A stretch of DNA of 64,000 nucleotides from positions 14,436 to 78,435 of the forward strand of contig NW_021831853.1 in the NCBI RefSeq assembly GCF_006345805.1, read 5' to 3'. Positions 63,916-64,000 of this stretch are shown here, piece by piece; position 1 is the first letter of the stretch; each line of letters opens with the position of its first letter. Origin of the DNA: Octopus sinensis (Eukaryota). Position numbers and translations under genes: made by a program. The notes under the pieces were generated by a model that ran no database searches, was not told where the DNA came from, and was given only the letters and a program-made list of their open reading frames with translations.

Positions 63916-64000
63916 TACCTTTCTCTTTGTCATTTACTTTCATTCTTTCATCTTTTTCTTCTTGATCTTCATTCTTGCTTTTCTCTCCTTCCCTCGATTT

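Overview
AT-rich eukaryotic, repeat-dominated DNA with no recognisable intact host gene. The SINE families, LINE relics and very dense compound microsatellites suggest a coleoid cephalopod, most likely Octopus; this is inference from repeat style, not a database result. The window holds decayed retroelements (Tx1/L1, CR1-group, RTE, R4/Dong-type, Penelope-like), one full-length defective mariner, several MITEs and fold-backs, two Helentron-type non-autonomous elements and about 30 tRNA-headed SINE copies. Nearly all listed ORFs are microsatellite artefacts or TE pseudogene pieces. The most interesting signal is a set of about ten type-I hammerhead ribozyme motifs whose helix III is a palindrome (ACGT, ACCGGT, ACTAGT, ACCTAGGT, ACGATCGT). 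Two lie downstream of Penelope GIY-YIG relics. One closes a 419-nt unit (55089-55507) that folds into a long rod and resembles a retrozyme/circRNA template. Two SINE tails can also be matched to partner LINE 3' ends within the window, one with compensatory stem changes. All alignments and folds were done by eye, so boundaries are approximate unless a motif is quoted.
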